Made by a program: the position numbers and the translations under genes
Notes under the pieces: generated by a model
What the model saw: the letters and a program-made list of their open reading frames with translations, nothing else
Database searches by the model: none
What the model was told of the DNA's origin: nothing
Virus record (IMG/VR): IMGVR_UViG_2061766007_000136
Source of the DNA: an uncultured virus (IMG/VR IMGVR_UViG_2061766007_000136)
Taxonomy: Duplodnaviria > Heunggongvirae > Uroviricota > Caudoviricetes
Reading direction: 5' to 3' (one strand)
Length of the DNA: 64,000 nucleotides
Shown here: positions 62,300 to 64,000 of the stretch, one piece after another
How positions within the stretch are numbered: position 1 is the stretch's first letter
How the letters are laid out: each line of letters begins with the position of its first letter

Positions 62300-62323
62300 A
62301 AACAACAGTTAAAGGATGGAAAC

Positions 62324-63694
62324 ATGGAAAAGACCGAATACAATCAAATTCTGCATGTCGCGCAATTGCTGAAGGACAACGGGGGTCGCGCACTGTTGGT
62401 CGGCGGTTGCGTCCGTGACTCCATTCTTGGACTTGACTGCAAGGACTATGACATGGAAGTCTACGGGCTGTCTATGGACAGAATCCGAGAGGTTCTGTCC
62501 AAGGAGTACGCTCTTGATTTCGTCGGTGCGTCGTTCGGTGTGTTGAAAGTCCACGGTCTCGACGTGGACATCGCGTTGCCCCGCGTGGAGAACAAGACCA
62601 GTTCTGGTCACAAGGGCTTCGATGTCCAATTCATCCCCGACCTGAGCTACGAGGACGCAGCGAGCCGTCGTGATTTTACAATCAACGCCATCATGCGCGA
62701 CCCCCTGACCGATGAGGTCATCGACCCTTGGAACGGTATGAAGGACTTGAAGAAGGGCGTGATTCGCCATGTCTCCGAACACTTCGCCGAAGACCCGTTG
62801 CGGGTGCTCCGAGCCATGCAGTTCGCGTCCCGATTTGATGCGGATGTCGCCGACGAAACCGTGAAGCTTTGCTCCACGCTGTCGCAGGGCGAACTGGCTC
62901 AGGAACGCATCGCTACCGAATGGGAGAAGCTCCTGCTGAAAGGCAGACGACCCTCCAAGGGCTTGCGCTTCCTCAAGGCTTGCGGATGGATTGACAACTA
63001 CCCAGAGCTTAAAGCTCTGGTCGGGTGCAAGCAGGAACCACGCTGGCATCCCGAAGGAGACGTGTGGGAGCACACGTTGCATTGCCTCGACGCTGGCGTT
63101 GCGTTGCGCAAGGGCGACTTCGTTGAAGACCTGATTCTCATGCTTGCAGTCCTGTGCCATGACTTCGGCAAACCCGCCACGACGGAAGTGGACGAGGCTC
63201 GCGGTCGCATCATCAGCCACGGTCACGACGAGGCGGGTGTCGAACCAGCGAGGGCGTTCATCAGGCGCATGTGGAGCATGACGGAGCTTGACGACGTGTT
63301 GCCTCTTGTCAGACGGCACATGTTACCCATGACGTTCATTAGCACCAAGGTCTCCGACAAGGCGTACCGTCGTCTGTCGATGGAGGTCAGGAGCATGGGC
63401 TTGCTCGCGGATGTCGCCGAATGCGACTTGAAGGGCGTGGATGTCCCGAAGGAGAGCCTCGAACGCGGTCTATCAGACCTCGCAGAGTTCAGACGGCGTT
63501 CGGAGTCCCTGCACATTTCGACCGAGAAGCCGAAGCCCATCGTGTTGGGACGGCATCTCATCGCCCGTGGGATGAAGCCTGGTCCCAAGATGAAGCCCAT
63601 CCTTGACAAGTGCTTCGATGCGCAACTCGACGGCGAATTCATCGACCTCGAAGGCGGTCTGAAATACCTCGACGGTTTCCTTGAGAGTGTTTGA
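62324..63694 (+). CDS. cca: CCA-adding tRNA nucleotidyltransferase with HD domain
   Basis: LVGGCVRD, DYD, RRDFTINA, EDPLRVLRAMQF, HPEGDVWEH, LCHDFGK. Confidence 0.92.
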   Translation: MEKTEYNQILHVAQLLKDNGGRALLVGGCVRDSILGLDCKDYDMEVYGLSMDRIREVLSKEYALDFVGASFGVLKVHGLDVDIALPRVENKTSSGHKGFDVQFIPDLSYEDAASRRDFTINAIMRDPLTDEVIDPWNGMKDLKKGVIRHVSEHFAEDPLRVLRAMQFASRFDADVADETVKLCSTLSQGELAQERIATEWEKLLLKGRRPSKGLRFLKACGWIDNYPELKALVGCKQEPRWHPEGDVWEHTLHCLDAGVALRKGDFVEDLILMLAVLCHDFGKPATTEVDEARGRIISHGHDEAGVEPARAFIRRMWSMTELDDVLPLVRRHMLPMTFISTKVSDKAYRRLSMEVRSMGLLADVAECDLKGVDVPKESLERGLSDLAEFRRRSESLHISTEKPKPIVLGRHLIARGMKPGPKMKPILDKCFDAQLDGEFIDLEGGLKYLDGFLESV

Positions 63695-63708
63695 CGGCTG
63701 TCGAAAAC

Positions 63709-63777
63709 AAAAGCCATGCGGAAAAATCAGCACCGCATGGCTTTTTTATTTGCATTTCCGAAAATTGGATGTATATT
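63709..63777 (+). terminator. terminator + promoter cassette
   Basis: AAAAGCCATGCGG...CCGCATGGCTTTTTT then TTGCAT-N16-TATATT. Confidence 0.7.
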
Positions 63778-63823
63778 AATAGTGTTGACGTAGAAAACAT
63801 TTAAAATCAAAGGAGAACATATA

Positions 63824-64000
63824 ATGAAGAATCTGATTGTTTTACGTGGAGCACCTGGTTGTGGCAAGTCCACTTTTATCGAGAAATGGAATTTGAAGCA
63901 GTACACCCTGTGCGGTGATTCCATCCGTGAGTTGTTCGAGTCCCCTGTTATGGACAACGAGCATGGTAAGCATACCCTTTCACAGAATCATGATACGGAA
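63824..64000 (+). CDS. polynucleotide kinase (Pnkp-type P-loop) N-terminus, partial
   Basis: MKNLIVLRGAPGCGKSTF...GDSIR; AAGGAG SD; runs off the window. Confidence 0.75.
   Translation, partial: MKNLIVLRGAPGCGKSTFIEKWNLKQYTLCGDSIRELFESPVMDNEHGKHTLSQNHDTE

Noticed and set aside
62309..63319. Long minus-strand ORFs (also 58932-59927, 25629-26624, 50496-51254, 37200-37934)
   Set aside because: They lie antisense to well-supported + strand genes and show no recognisable motifs; likely shadows of codon bias.
1..64000. Stop-codon reassignment as in some jumbo phages
   Set aside because: Recognisable genes are full length in the standard code, and TAA, TGA and TAG all end genes.

Overview
This window looks like part of a large (jumbo-type) bacteriophage genome. 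About 80 tightly packed genes lie on the + strand in the standard genetic code, driven by a recurrent promoter (TTG[C/A]NN-N16-[T/C/G]ATATT). No capsid or terminase genes are in the window. Recognisable functions: a ClpP/ClpS/ClpA proteolysis set with a divergent ClpS-like and a second ClpP-like protein; tRNA metabolism and repair (ArgRS, Thg1, CCA-adding enzyme, RNA ligase, the start of a polynucleotide kinase); three DNA methyltransferases; an Mre11/SbcD nuclease, a DnaQ exonuclease, HIRAN, Nudix, LemA, SatD, two STAS-like and two NADAR domains; AT-rich homing-endonuclease-like genes; and a ~1900-aa BspA-type LRR protein. Most unusual: (1) a non-canonical 8/4 tRNA-Ser(UGA) whose 5' half is duplicated around an endonuclease gene inserted in the anticodon loop; (2) a ~700-nt non-coding block with two covarying AAAGAC..ACAGCAACC..GTCTTG hairpins, a ~270-nt structured RNA, a degenerate tRNA and an anti-Shine-Dalgarno-like hairpin; (3) five otherwise dissimilar proteins sharing an N-terminal MxxRxxYVSNSSSSSF leader; (4) four tandem proteins sharing only a C-terminal DFFAxxMxGNGELADA motif. 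Four N-gaps cause artefactual frame breaks or missing starts. All family calls come from motif reading; no database searches were run.
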